Assembly (NCBI GenBank): GCA_963845565.1
Contig: CAWJSJ010000002.1
Coordinates: 256,001-320,000, forward strand
Length of the DNA stretch: 64,000 nucleotides
DNA from: an uncultured Methylomirabilota bacterium
Lineage (GTDB): Bacteria > Methylomirabilota > Methylomirabilia > Methylomirabilales > 2-02-FULL-66-22
Direction: 5' to 3'
Shown piece after piece: positions 43,585 to 51,492 of this stretch. The first letter of the stretch is position 1. Each line of letters opens with the position of its first letter. Made by a program: the position numbers and the translations under genes. The notes beneath the pieces are model-generated. The model saw only the letters and a program-made list of their open reading frames with translations, made no database searches and was not told the origin of the DNA.

Positions 43585-44061
43585 GTGCCTGCGAGGAAGG
43601 CCAACGCGCAGCGCCGCGAGGTCGCGCTCGCTGTCGGTAACACGGGCGCATTGGATGCGGTCCCGGCCCCTGGGGAACCAGGGTGCGTTGAAACCGGGCC
43701 TACAAAGACAGGTGTAACGCTCTCTTTCACCTCGGTCCACCTCGAGCCCCTAACGTGCTCACACCCCACCTAATGGTCGTGCCTTCCCGGGCTGCCCGCA
43801 ACGCCAATTCACCTCTCGAGGACACGCCCGAACACCAGGCGCGCCGGAGGTGACCGCTCCGTCCCCGGCGACGAAAACAGTCCGTGATGATGCCACACAC
43901 CCTCGACCCCTCGGCGGCACGCCGGACCGTCCAAAACACTCCGGGGGCGCGCCTTTCCATCGCGGCCCGCTGGGTTTGCGCTCACATGGCGGAAGACCGG
44001 CACCCTGTACACCTGGCGGCGGGAGACGGGACAGCATCCAAGCTGCACATCCGGAGGGCGC

Positions 44062-45930
44062 ATGGCGCGACATGTAGATCTGATTCTCCCCCTGGGTGAA
44101 GAGCATGGCCAGGCGTTGATCGCCGGGCAGCAGCCACGCCACACCCAAGACGGCATTGCCGCCGATGCGCTGGCGACGCGATCCGATCTCTACGCATGGT
44201 TGATGCAGCGCCAGATCGGCCGCATCTTACGCCTCGTGACCTTGGAAGCCTCCGGTGAGCCGGTGCAGGCCGACGCGTTCGATGTGGGAGGCCGCCCATT
44301 GTCGCGAACGCGTGGGGTCCGCGTTTCCTATGAAACGCTGGCAAGCTACACGAGGCATGACCCCGTTGTTGGTTATATAGCGGACCGCTTGAAGCGGGCC
44401 CTGCGCACCGGGCGTTTCTCGCGACGAGGCGCGCCCATTGTTGTTGACGGCTTTCGGCTACGCGACCTGGCGCAGTGGTCCACGTATCCCACCGAGTCCC
44501 TCAGCGACAACATCGGCTCAATCTCGAGCTACTGCAACTGCGATTGCGAGTTCTGCTTCGAGAAGAACACGGCGAGTACTGAACTGTCATTGGGCCGGGC
44601 GCAGTTGAGCCGCCTTGAGGTGGAAACCCGCATACGCCATTACCATCCGACGCGCCGTACTGGACTGATTCCTTCGGCACGCTTTTCGCTCGAGCCATTC
44701 GCAAATCCGCACTGCCTGGCGATCCTCGAGCGCGTTCATGCGGTCGCTCCGAACGAGGTCATCTGTTTCACGACCAATGGCTCGTTCCTCACCGAGGACG
44801 TCGTCGTTCGGCTGGCGCGCCTCCAGCCCCTACTTGTCGTGGTCTCCTTGAATTCGGGAACGGTGGAGACGCGGCGGCGCACGATGCGCGACCACCATCT
44901 CGGTGGCGACGAAACCGCCTTCGCCGCCCTGCGCTTGCTCAAATGCCACGAGATTCCATACCTCGTGAGCTACGTCCCGTGGCCGTCGCGCCCGTTGTCT
45001 GACATGGAGGAGATGGTTCGCCTGGTCGATGAGAACGACGGGCTCTTCGCGCGCATTTGTCTACCTTCGTGGACGCGCGCCTCGGCGGCCGCTCCACCGT
45101 TCGATACGGAAACGTATTGGGCAGAGATCCGACAGGTGGTGGACGAGCTCCGCGGCCAAGTCAGCCTCCCCATCCACGTCATGCCAGCCATGTACGAATT
45201 GCCGACGATGCGCCCCGTTATCCACGGCGCCATCAAGAACTCCCCGGCAGCGCGGGCCGGTCTCCAGTACGGTGACCTGATCCTGGGGGTTGACGGAAGC
45301 CCGGTCCACACTCGTGCGGAGCTGAGCGGCCTGCTGGGGATGCGTTACGATGATTTGGAGATTATATCCACCCGCTTCACCGTGCAGCGCGCCGATCGCG
45401 TGATGGAGGTCGAGGTCCCGATGGTGCGGGATCGATCACAGCTCGCGTATCCCTACCGCGCGGTCGTCCACGCCACGGCGAAGCGCTGGGGCAGCAGTCT
45501 CGGCATCCACATGGGCGACGGGATTCCGCTGCGGAGCTTTGTTGACCTCAGAAGCATCGCGGACGAGTACACCGGCAAGACCGTGCTGTTCTACATCTCG
45601 CCGCTCGCGGGCACCAGCTTCTCGGAAGGAATCACCATGCTCGGCGCCGAGGCCGGGTTCCTGGGGCGCAAAGGATTTCACGTGGAGACCCTGGCGCCTC
45701 GGTACTGGGGTGGCAATGTGGTCGTCGGCGACCTGTGGACCTTTCACGATCTGGTCGAGCAGACGCGCCGTTGGATTGCGCATCATGGCATACGGCCCGA
45801 CGTAGTGGTTGCGCCGGGGACGTTTATGGGAACCGGCGGCCGCGATCTCATGGGCACCTGCTACCTGGACTTCGAGCGCGCGCTGGGTATTGAATTCCGC
45901 GCGCTCTCCTGCCCGCGCATCGGGATCTGA
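44062..45930 (+). CDS. Radical SAM protein with PDZ and DUF512-like C-terminal domain
   Basis: CNCDCEFC (CxxxCxxC) and TTNG; PDZ-like NSPAARAGLQYGDLILGVDG; C-terminal YWGGNVVVGDL..D and VVVAPGTF...GRDLMG; GGAGG RBS. Confidence 0.85.
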   Translation: MARHVDLILPLGEEHGQALIAGQQPRHTQDGIAADALATRSDLYAWLMQRQIGRILRLVTLEASGEPVQADAFDVGGRPLSRTRGVRVSYETLASYTRHDPVVGYIADRLKRALRTGRFSRRGAPIVVDGFRLRDLAQWSTYPTESLSDNIGSISSYCNCDCEFCFEKNTASTELSLGRAQLSRLEVETRIRHYHPTRRTGLIPSARFSLEPFANPHCLAILERVHAVAPNEVICFTTNGSFLTEDVVVRLARLQPLLVVVSLNSGTVETRRRTMRDHHLGGDETAFAALRLLKCHEIPYLVSYVPWPSRPLSDMEEMVRLVDENDGLFARICLPSWTRASAAAPPFDTETYWAEIRQVVDELRGQVSLPIHVMPAMYELPTMRPVIHGAIKNSPAARAGLQYGDLILGVDGSPVHTRAELSGLLGMRYDDLEIISTRFTVQRADRVMEVEVPMVRDRSQLAYPYRAVVHATAKRWGSSLGIHMGDGIPLRSFVDLRSIADEYTGKTVLFYISPLAGTSFSEGITMLGAEAGFLGRKGFHVETLAPRYWGGNVVVGDLWTFHDLVEQTRRWIAHHGIRPDVVVAPGTFMGTGGRDLMGTCYLDFERALGIEFRALSCPRIGI

Positions 45931-45953
45931 GCGCGGTCAAGGGGAAGGAGGTG

Positions 45954-46007
45954 ATGGCCTCCGTTTTCTGCCATTGGAGTTGCACGTCGAGTCACGACAA
46001 CCCGTAA
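45954..46007 (+). CDS. Candidate 17-aa peptide MASVFCHWSCTSSHDNP
   Basis: Purine-rich SD-like run AAGGGGAAGGAGG before GTG-ATG; the TAA abuts the next gene's RBS. Confidence 0.3.
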   Translation: MASVFCHWSCTSSHDNP

Positions 46008-46019
46008 AGGAGGAAAGGC

Positions 46020-46346
46020 ATGGAAGAGAAGGTGTCTGCCCCAGAGACGAAGATGGACGAGACCCCCGAGACCGAGGACTCCCGGCGCGAGGTGATCGGA
46101 AAGGTGTTTGCCGCGCTCGGTGCGGCGACTGTTGGAAGTTTGATCGCGTCCGTGGGCGAGGCCGCACAGCAGATGCCTCCCCAGGCGATGCCCGCCCCCG
46201 CGGGAGTTGCCCTGCGTTCGGGGAAGCTGCAGAGCGGCGGCTTCGCGCTCTCGCTGGGAGGAAAGGACATCGCGACGGCACTCGCTCGCGAAGGCCTGAA
46301 CTCGAAGCTGGGCGAGAGAAGCTCGGTCACGCTGACTTGGGAATAG
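46020..46346 (+). CDS. Small protein with twin-arginine (Tat-like) signal
   Basis: AAGGAGG RBS; SRREVIGK, hydrophobic h-region, GEA cleavage-like site. Confidence 0.75.
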   Translation: MEEKVSAPETKMDETPETEDSRREVIGKVFAALGAATVGSLIASVGEAAQQMPPQAMPAPAGVALRSGKLQSGGFALSLGGKDIATALAREGLNSKLGERSSVTLTWE

Positions 46347-46365
46347 AACGCCTGTCCTGAACCTG

Positions 46366-46398
46366 CTCACCGTCCCGTCGTACCGGCGGGACGGTGAG
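46366..46398 (+). terminator. Strong stem-loop after the Tat-signal gene (terminator or stabiliser)
   Basis: ctcaccgtcccgtcg-tac-cggcgggacggtgag; only a short U tail. Confidence 0.6.
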
Positions 46399-46421
46399 TT
46401 CAACATCCGTAGGAGGGCAGC

Positions 46422-46703
46422 ATGCCCGACGATGAGCGCCTCCCGTTCGAGGCGCCGGCGGTAGAGATCGAGCCCGCAGGAGAGAACGAGTTCGTCTTCC
46501 GTTTTCACCTGGACCCTGATATGCAGGATCCTGACGCCCACCCGGACCCCCTCGTCGAATTGGTACGCGGCCAGTTGGCCGATCTCCTCCGCTGCGCCGT
46601 TCTGACCTGCGGCGGGCGGCGCGTGCGTGCAGATGGCTTTCGGCTGCTGCGCGACCCAGATACCCAGTACGCCATCTTCCCCTCGGGCGGAACCGGATCT
46701 TAA
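46422..46703 (+). CDS. Small protein similar to the N-terminal repeats of the radical SAM enzyme
   Basis: AGGAGG RBS; DPLVELVRGQLADLLR...RADGFRLLRD versus the rSAM segment DPVVGYIADRLKRALR...VVDGFRLRD. Confidence 0.7.
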   Translation: MPDDERLPFEAPAVEIEPAGENEFVFRFHLDPDMQDPDAHPDPLVELVRGQLADLLRCAVLTCGGRRVRADGFRLLRDPDTQYAIFPSGGTGS

Positions 46704-46714
46704 GATGAGAAGGC

Positions 46715-46915
46715 TGGAAGCGGCCAACCGCTGGACGGGGGACTTCGGGTCCACAGGACGAGGATGTCAAGAGCAAACAGGGGTCGCCTGGGTACCGGGG
46801 ACACACGTCCTCGCCGAGCGCGGCGCCGACTGAGTGCGCCGACGCGGAAGGACAATCCTCAATTCGTGACGAGCGAGGCGACGGCCGGGCTATGCGCCGG
46901 GGCAGGCCGCTTCCG
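46715..46915 (-). repeat. Degenerate copy 3 of the promoter/leader repeat
   Basis: ccaaccgctgg..gatgtcaagagcaaac..gccgactgagt..ctatgcgccggggc aligns with 43190-43410. Confidence 0.6.
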
Positions 46916-46942
46916 GACGGTTCGGATCGCCCGCGTCCAGCA

Positions 46943-47046
46943 AGCCGTTGTCAAAGAATCAGTTGAGCGGAGACATTCCGAAACGGCATAAGGAGCCGTA
47001 ACGAAATAGAAAGAGATGTATAGGTTATTTCGTAACGGCTCCTAAG
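46943..47046. mobile_element. MITE family 2, long copy
   Basis: agccgttgtcaaagaat...ggagccgtaacgaaatag...ttatttcgtaacggctcctaag. Confidence 0.75.
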
Positions 47047-47600
47047 AGCGTCGCCAGGCCCCGGCTCACCGACCGGATCGCCCGGCGAACTGCGGGCGAG
47101 ATGCCGGCGCCGAGCGACGTGTCCTGGACCTGGATGCCGATCAAGGCCACCTCGCAGGAGAGCTCGCCGACGAGGTACCGCGCCACCATGGAGGCCGGGA
47201 GGGAATGCGTGGAGGTGTTGAGGCCGGCGGCCTCGCGCCAGTCGAGCCAGCGGACCGTGCCGGGCGGGTCGCCCATCTCGGCCGCATCCACCAGGATGAC
47301 GAGGTCCGGGGCGAATCGGCGGATCGCGCCCGTGCAGTTCTCCGGCGCGTGTGCGGCCTCGACCACCAGGAGGGAAAATGGAAGCGGGCCGGGGAGCGTC
47401 GCTCGACCCGGCCCGCTGTCTGTTTCACGAGCGCCTGCGCGACCATCACGCCGGCGGCGTCGTCGCCGTTGAGTCTCCTGGCCCACGCCCACCACGGCCA
47501 CGCGCAGCGGCCGGGACGTCAGGCCGTCCGCCTCACTCCGGGGCGCTGGTTGCAGCCGGCTCAGCGCTTGGCTTGCCGTACGTCGCCACGATGTGCGCAA
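47025..47600 (-). CDS. Hydrogenase maturation endopeptidase (HycI-like) with compensating frameshifts
   Basis: VAVVGVG, APEN, VDAA and STH motifs; the LNGDDAAG motif lies in a shifted frame. Confidence 0.8.
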   Translation of the reverse strand: MRTSWRRTASQALSRLQPAPRSEADGLTSRPLRVAVVGVGQETQRRRRRRRDGRAGARETDSGPGRATLPGPLPFSLLVVEAAHAPENCTGAIRRFAPDLVILVDAAEMGDPPGTVRWLDWREAAGLNTSTHSLPASMVARYLVGELSCEVALIGIQVQDTSLGAGISPAVRRAIRSVSRGLATLLGAVTK

Positions 47601-47967
47601 CGTCTGCGTCGCTCCCGTAGTTGACCACGAAGTCCTGGCGCTTCAGCGCGGCGCTCTCCCACTGGTCGTGGGCCATCCCCAGACACTCGAGCCGGCAGTT
47701 CTGCACGCACTGCGCGCAGTAGGTGCAGCGATCGGCATGATAGCGCATGACGAACTGTTTGGCCTTCTTGTCGATGGTGATCAGCTCGATGGCATTCGCC
47801 GGGCAGTCCTTCATGCACAGACAGCAGCCGTTGCACTTCCCCGCGGTCCAGACCAGCTTCCCGCGATACTGGTCGGGGGCCTCCAGCCGCTCGAACGGGT
47901 AGCGTTGCGTGACCGGTTTCTTGAAAAACGACTGCCAGATATCGCCCAACATCGTGCCGAATTTCAT
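47533..47967 (-). CDS. NuoI-like 2x[4Fe-4S] subunit of membrane-bound hydrogenase
   Basis: CNGCCLCMKDCP and CTYCAQCVQNC motifs. Confidence 0.9.
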   Translation of the reverse strand: MKFGTMLGDIWQSFFKKPVTQRYPFERLEAPDQYRGKLVWTAGKCNGCCLCMKDCPANAIELITIDKKAKQFVMRYHADRCTYCAQCVQNCRLECLGMAHDQWESAALKRQDFVVNYGSDADVAHIVATYGKPSAEPAATSAPE

Positions 47968-48878
47968 GCCACGATCCCCTTCCATGCGATCAGGGCCAGC
48001 CACTGCAGCAGAACCGCCACCGCGCCGTATCGCCACCACAGGCCGACCGTCTGGTCGATCCGGAGGCGTGTCAGGATCGCGTGGAGGCTCGACAGGATTC
48101 CCAGGAGCAGGATGGTCTTCCCGAAGAACTCCAGCGGGTTGGCAATGCCGCCCATGTAGAGCGCGCCGATCAGCGTCAGGCCGACGACCAGCTCGATCTC
48201 CTTGCCCAGGTGAAACAGCCCCAGACCCCGACCACTATATTCCGTCAAGGCCCCGGCCACAATCTCCGTCTTGGCCTTGGGCGCGTCGAAGGGGGGCATC
48301 TCCAGCTTCCCCATCAAACCGATCAGGGCCACCACGAATCCGAACGGCTGGGTCAACAGGATCCACGGCCCTTGGTTCTTCGACACGATCTCGCCGATCT
48401 GCCAGCTCTGGGCGACGATCGCCGGCCCCAGGAGCGCCAGCATGAAGGGCGCTTCGTAGGAGAAGAGCTGCGTCAGCGCCCGGGTCGCCCCCATCATGGT
48501 GAACCGGCTGGTGCTGTTCCAGCCGGCCATGCCGATGGACATCGTGAGCAAGCTCAGGAGGTAGAGCGTCACGATCAGGTCGCCGGGGAAGCTCATGGCG
48601 GGTCGGAATCCCAGCAGCGGGACATAGAGGGCCGCCGTGAGGGCGCCGGCCATGGCCACCACCGGCAGGACCCCGAACAGGATCGGATGGGCGGTCGCGG
48701 GCGTGATCTCCTCCTTGACCAGGAGCTTCACGATGTCCGCCACCGTCTGGAACCAGCGCGGTCCGATCCGGTTCTGGAATCGGGCGAGCAGCTTCCGGTC
48801 GACCCACTCGTAGGTCAGGGCCAGGACGATCAGGAAGAGGCCGCCCGGGAAGAACAGCAGGTTGATCAGCGCACGCAT
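47964..48878 (-). CDS. NuoH-like membrane subunit
   Basis: RKLLARFQNRIGP, KLLVKE, PFD and EYSG motifs. Confidence 0.92.
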   Translation of the reverse strand: MRALINLLFFPGGLFLIVLALTYEWVDRKLLARFQNRIGPRWFQTVADIVKLLVKEEITPATAHPILFGVLPVVAMAGALTAALYVPLLGFRPAMSFPGDLIVTLYLLSLLTMSIGMAGWNSTSRFTMMGATRALTQLFSYEAPFMLALLGPAIVAQSWQIGEIVSKNQGPWILLTQPFGFVVALIGLMGKLEMPPFDAPKAKTEIVAGALTEYSGRGLGLFHLGKEIELVVGLTLIGALYMGGIANPLEFFGKTILLLGILSSLHAILTRLRIDQTVGLWWRYGAVAVLLQWLALIAWKGIVA

Positions 48879-48883
48879 AGTGT

Positions 48884-50548
48884 TCACCGCCGAGTCTGGG
48901 TGCTGGCGTGCCGGCGCAGATCCTCCCGCGTCCAGATCCGGCGGTCGCCACCACGTCGGTTGACGACGATCATGCGATCGTTGCACGAGAAGCACGGGTC
49001 GATGCCGGCCAAAAGCGGCGGCACGTCGGCCATCTGCGAGCCGACCGCCTTCGTCAGGACGTAGATCCAGTTGCAGATGCTGGGAGTCCGGATCTTGACC
49101 CGCTCCGGCTTGTCGGTGCCGTTGCTCTTGATGTAGTAGAACAGCTCGCCGCGGGGCGCTTCGAACCGGCTGATCGTCTCCCCGGCGGGGATCTTCCGCG
49201 GGAACTTGACCGTCAGGTCGCCTTCGGGGAGGCCATCCAGGATGGCGCGAATCACCCGCACGCTTTCCAGCGTCTCCAGCATCCGGACCTTGAACCGCGC
49301 CGCCAGATCCCCCGCCGAGTCCACCGATGCGGTGACCGGGAACTGCTTGTAGCTGCCATACGGCGCGTCCACGCGGACGTCCCGCGTCACTCCGGCGGCC
49401 CGCAGCGTCGGCCCGAGCAGGCCAAGGGTGTCGGCCTCTTCCTTGCTGGTCACGCCGATTCCCTGCGCGCGGGCCAGGAAAGAGGTGTCGGTCGTCACGA
49501 CGTGAAGGTAGTGCTTCGCCCGCTCCTCGATCGTGCCCACCGCCCGGCGGATGGCCGCGGCGTGGGCGGCGGTCACGTCGTACTTCACGCCCCCCAGAAC
49601 GCTGGCGCTGTAGTTCACCCGGTTCCCGGTCATCTGCTCCAGGACTTCCATCACCACTTCCCGGTCGCGCCAGCTGTACATCAGCAGGGTCTCGAACCCC
49701 GCCTCGTAGGCCGCCACGCCGAGCCACAGGAAGTGGCTGTGGATCCGCTCCAGACAGGCGACGAGCTGTCGGATGGCCTGGGCCCGCGGGGGCGCCAAGA
49801 CCTTGGCCAGCTGCTCGACGCCGTTCACGAAGGCGTTGGCGTGGCTGTGGGAGCAGATGCCGCACACCCGCTCCGTCAGGTAGAGGTTCTGGGTGTAGCT
49901 CTGCTGCTCGCAGGCCCGCTCGATCCCCCGATGGACGTACCCCAGGCGCACCGTGGCGCCCGTCACCAACTCGCCGTCCACGGCGAACTCGAAGTGGCCG
50001 GGCTCTTTCAAGGCGGGGTGCTGCGGCCCGACGGGGACGATGAACCGATCCCCTTGCCGCCCCATCTCCGGCGGCTCGCTCCCCATCGTCTTCGCCGCCG
50101 CCGCCTGCACGTCGGTGTCCTTGAGGAGCGGGTACGTCGCGTCCGGCCAGCCGTCGGGCAGGAACAGGTGCGAGGTGTCCGCCAGGCCGGTCACCGTCAC
50201 GCCGAACATCTCCATGAGTTCGCGCTCGAAGAACATGGCGTTCGGGTACAGGGCTTGAACGCTCGGAACCGCCCCGCCGGCACGGGGCACCGTGACCCGC
50301 AGCGTGGCGATGGCATCCCCTTCACAGACGTGGTACAGGGCCTCGATCTGATTGGCGTCCTTGCCCAGATCGACGCCTGTCAGCGCCGCCAGGTAGCCCC
50401 AGCGGGCCCCGCGCAGCGCCGTGGTGGCGGCCACCAGATCCGACGGCTGAATGACGACATCCAGCCGGTTCGGCTCGGGCTTGGCCGTCCCCTTGGCGAG
50501 GCCGGCCAGCAGCGATTCCGCCTTCTGCAGCATCACCTCCGTGCTCAT
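48884..50548 (-). CDS. Group 4 [NiFe]-hydrogenase large subunit (NuoC-NuoD-like fusion)
   Basis: L1 ERVCGICSHSH and L2 DPCFSCNDR plus a C-terminal extension; N-terminal NuoC-like ERELMEMFG. Confidence 0.93.
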   Translation of the reverse strand: MSTEVMLQKAESLLAGLAKGTAKPEPNRLDVVIQPSDLVAATTALRGARWGYLAALTGVDLGKDANQIEALYHVCEGDAIATLRVTVPRAGGAVPSVQALYPNAMFFERELMEMFGVTVTGLADTSHLFLPDGWPDATYPLLKDTDVQAAAAKTMGSEPPEMGRQGDRFIVPVGPQHPALKEPGHFEFAVDGELVTGATVRLGYVHRGIERACEQQSYTQNLYLTERVCGICSHSHANAFVNGVEQLAKVLAPPRAQAIRQLVACLERIHSHFLWLGVAAYEAGFETLLMYSWRDREVVMEVLEQMTGNRVNYSASVLGGVKYDVTAAHAAAIRRAVGTIEERAKHYLHVVTTDTSFLARAQGIGVTSKEEADTLGLLGPTLRAAGVTRDVRVDAPYGSYKQFPVTASVDSAGDLAARFKVRMLETLESVRVIRAILDGLPEGDLTVKFPRKIPAGETISRFEAPRGELFYYIKSNGTDKPERVKIRTPSICNWIYVLTKAVGSQMADVPPLLAGIDPCFSCNDRMIVVNRRGGDRRIWTREDLRRHASTQTRR

Positions 50549-51042
50549 GCCTGCCCCTCCTTCGTCTCCGCCTTGACCGGCGCCGGCGCCTGCAGGCTGG
50601 TCAACAGCTTCACGACGCCGTCGATGATCGCCTCGGGCCGCGGCGGGCAGCCGGGGATGTAGGCATTCACGGGGATGACCTCGTCGATGTGGCCGACGAC
50701 GCTATAGCACCCCTGGAACGCCCCGCCCGACGTGGCGCAGGACCCCACGGCCACGACGAACTTCGGGTCGGGCATCTGCTCGTAGATGCGCTTGAGGCGA
50801 TCTCGGGACTGCAGCGTCACGGGCCCGGTGCAGATCAAGACGTCGGCGTGTCGCGGGCTCCCCTGGAGCTTGATCCCGAACCGCTCCACGTCGTAGCGCG
50901 GCGTCAGCGTGGCCACGATCTCGATGTCGCAGCCGTTGCACGACCCGCTGTTGTAGTGGATCGCCCAGGGCGAGTTGACCCGCGCCCAGGTCTTGATCTT
51001 CTCGAGGGCCCCGCCCCAGAGACTGTCGGTTTGTACGCTCAT
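50545..51042 (-). CDS. Group 4 hydrogenase small subunit (NuoB-like)
   Basis: SCNGCDIE, SPRHAD, GSCA and PGCPPRP motifs. Confidence 0.93.
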   Translation of the reverse strand: MSVQTDSLWGGALEKIKTWARVNSPWAIHYNSGSCNGCDIEIVATLTPRYDVERFGIKLQGSPRHADVLICTGPVTLQSRDRLKRIYEQMPDPKFVVAVGSCATSGGAFQGCYSVVGHIDEVIPVNAYIPGCPPRPEAIIDGVVKLLTSLQAPAPVKAETKEGQA

Positions 51043-51057
51043 CGGTGTTCGCTCCCC

Positions 51058-51162
51058 CTTAGGAGCCGTTACGAAATAACCGAACCGCCTGTTTCTATTT
51101 CGTTACGGCTCCTTATGCCGTTCCCGGAATTCCTCCGGTCAACTCATTCTTTGACGACGGCT
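51058..51162. mobile_element. MITE family 2, long copy (inverted relative to 46943)
   Basis: cttaggagccgttacgaaataac...ttctttgacgacggct, at the TGA of the nuoA-like gene. Confidence 0.75.
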
Positions 51163-51479
51163 CACCCCAGAATCAAGGCCACCAGGGCCAGGATCAGGCC
51201 CACGATGTAAGCCGCGGTGACCAGCGTCAGCCCGCTGCTGCCGGCAAGCAGCATCCCCAGGTGCAGCACGGCGAAGAACAGCGCCACCACGAAGAACTGC
51301 CGGTAGCCGGGAGCGGCCTGATACGTCTCGCCGACTTCGCCGCTGGCGTAGGCGCTGGACTTGGTGGCGTCCGCATGGCTGTGGGCCGGAACGGCCAGCA
51401 CACGCCCCGCCCCGGACAGCACCCCCACCAGAACCAGGTAGATGACGAACGCGATCGGCGGAAACAGCAGGACCTCCAT
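51162..51479 (-). CDS. NuoA-like membrane subunit
   Basis: Three hydrophobic segments with a KSSAYASGE loop. Confidence 0.75.
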   Translation of the reverse strand: MEVLLFPPIAFVIYLVLVGVLSGAGRVLAVPAHSHADATKSSAYASGEVGETYQAAPGYRQFFVVALFFAVLHLGMLLAGSSGLTLVTAAYIVGLILALVALILG

Positions 51480-51492
51480 CCTGGCTCCTTTC

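Noticed and set aside
48884..50548. Selenocysteine recoding in the hydrogenase large subunit
   Set aside because: All four Ni-ligand positions are ordinary Cys codons with no in-frame TGA.
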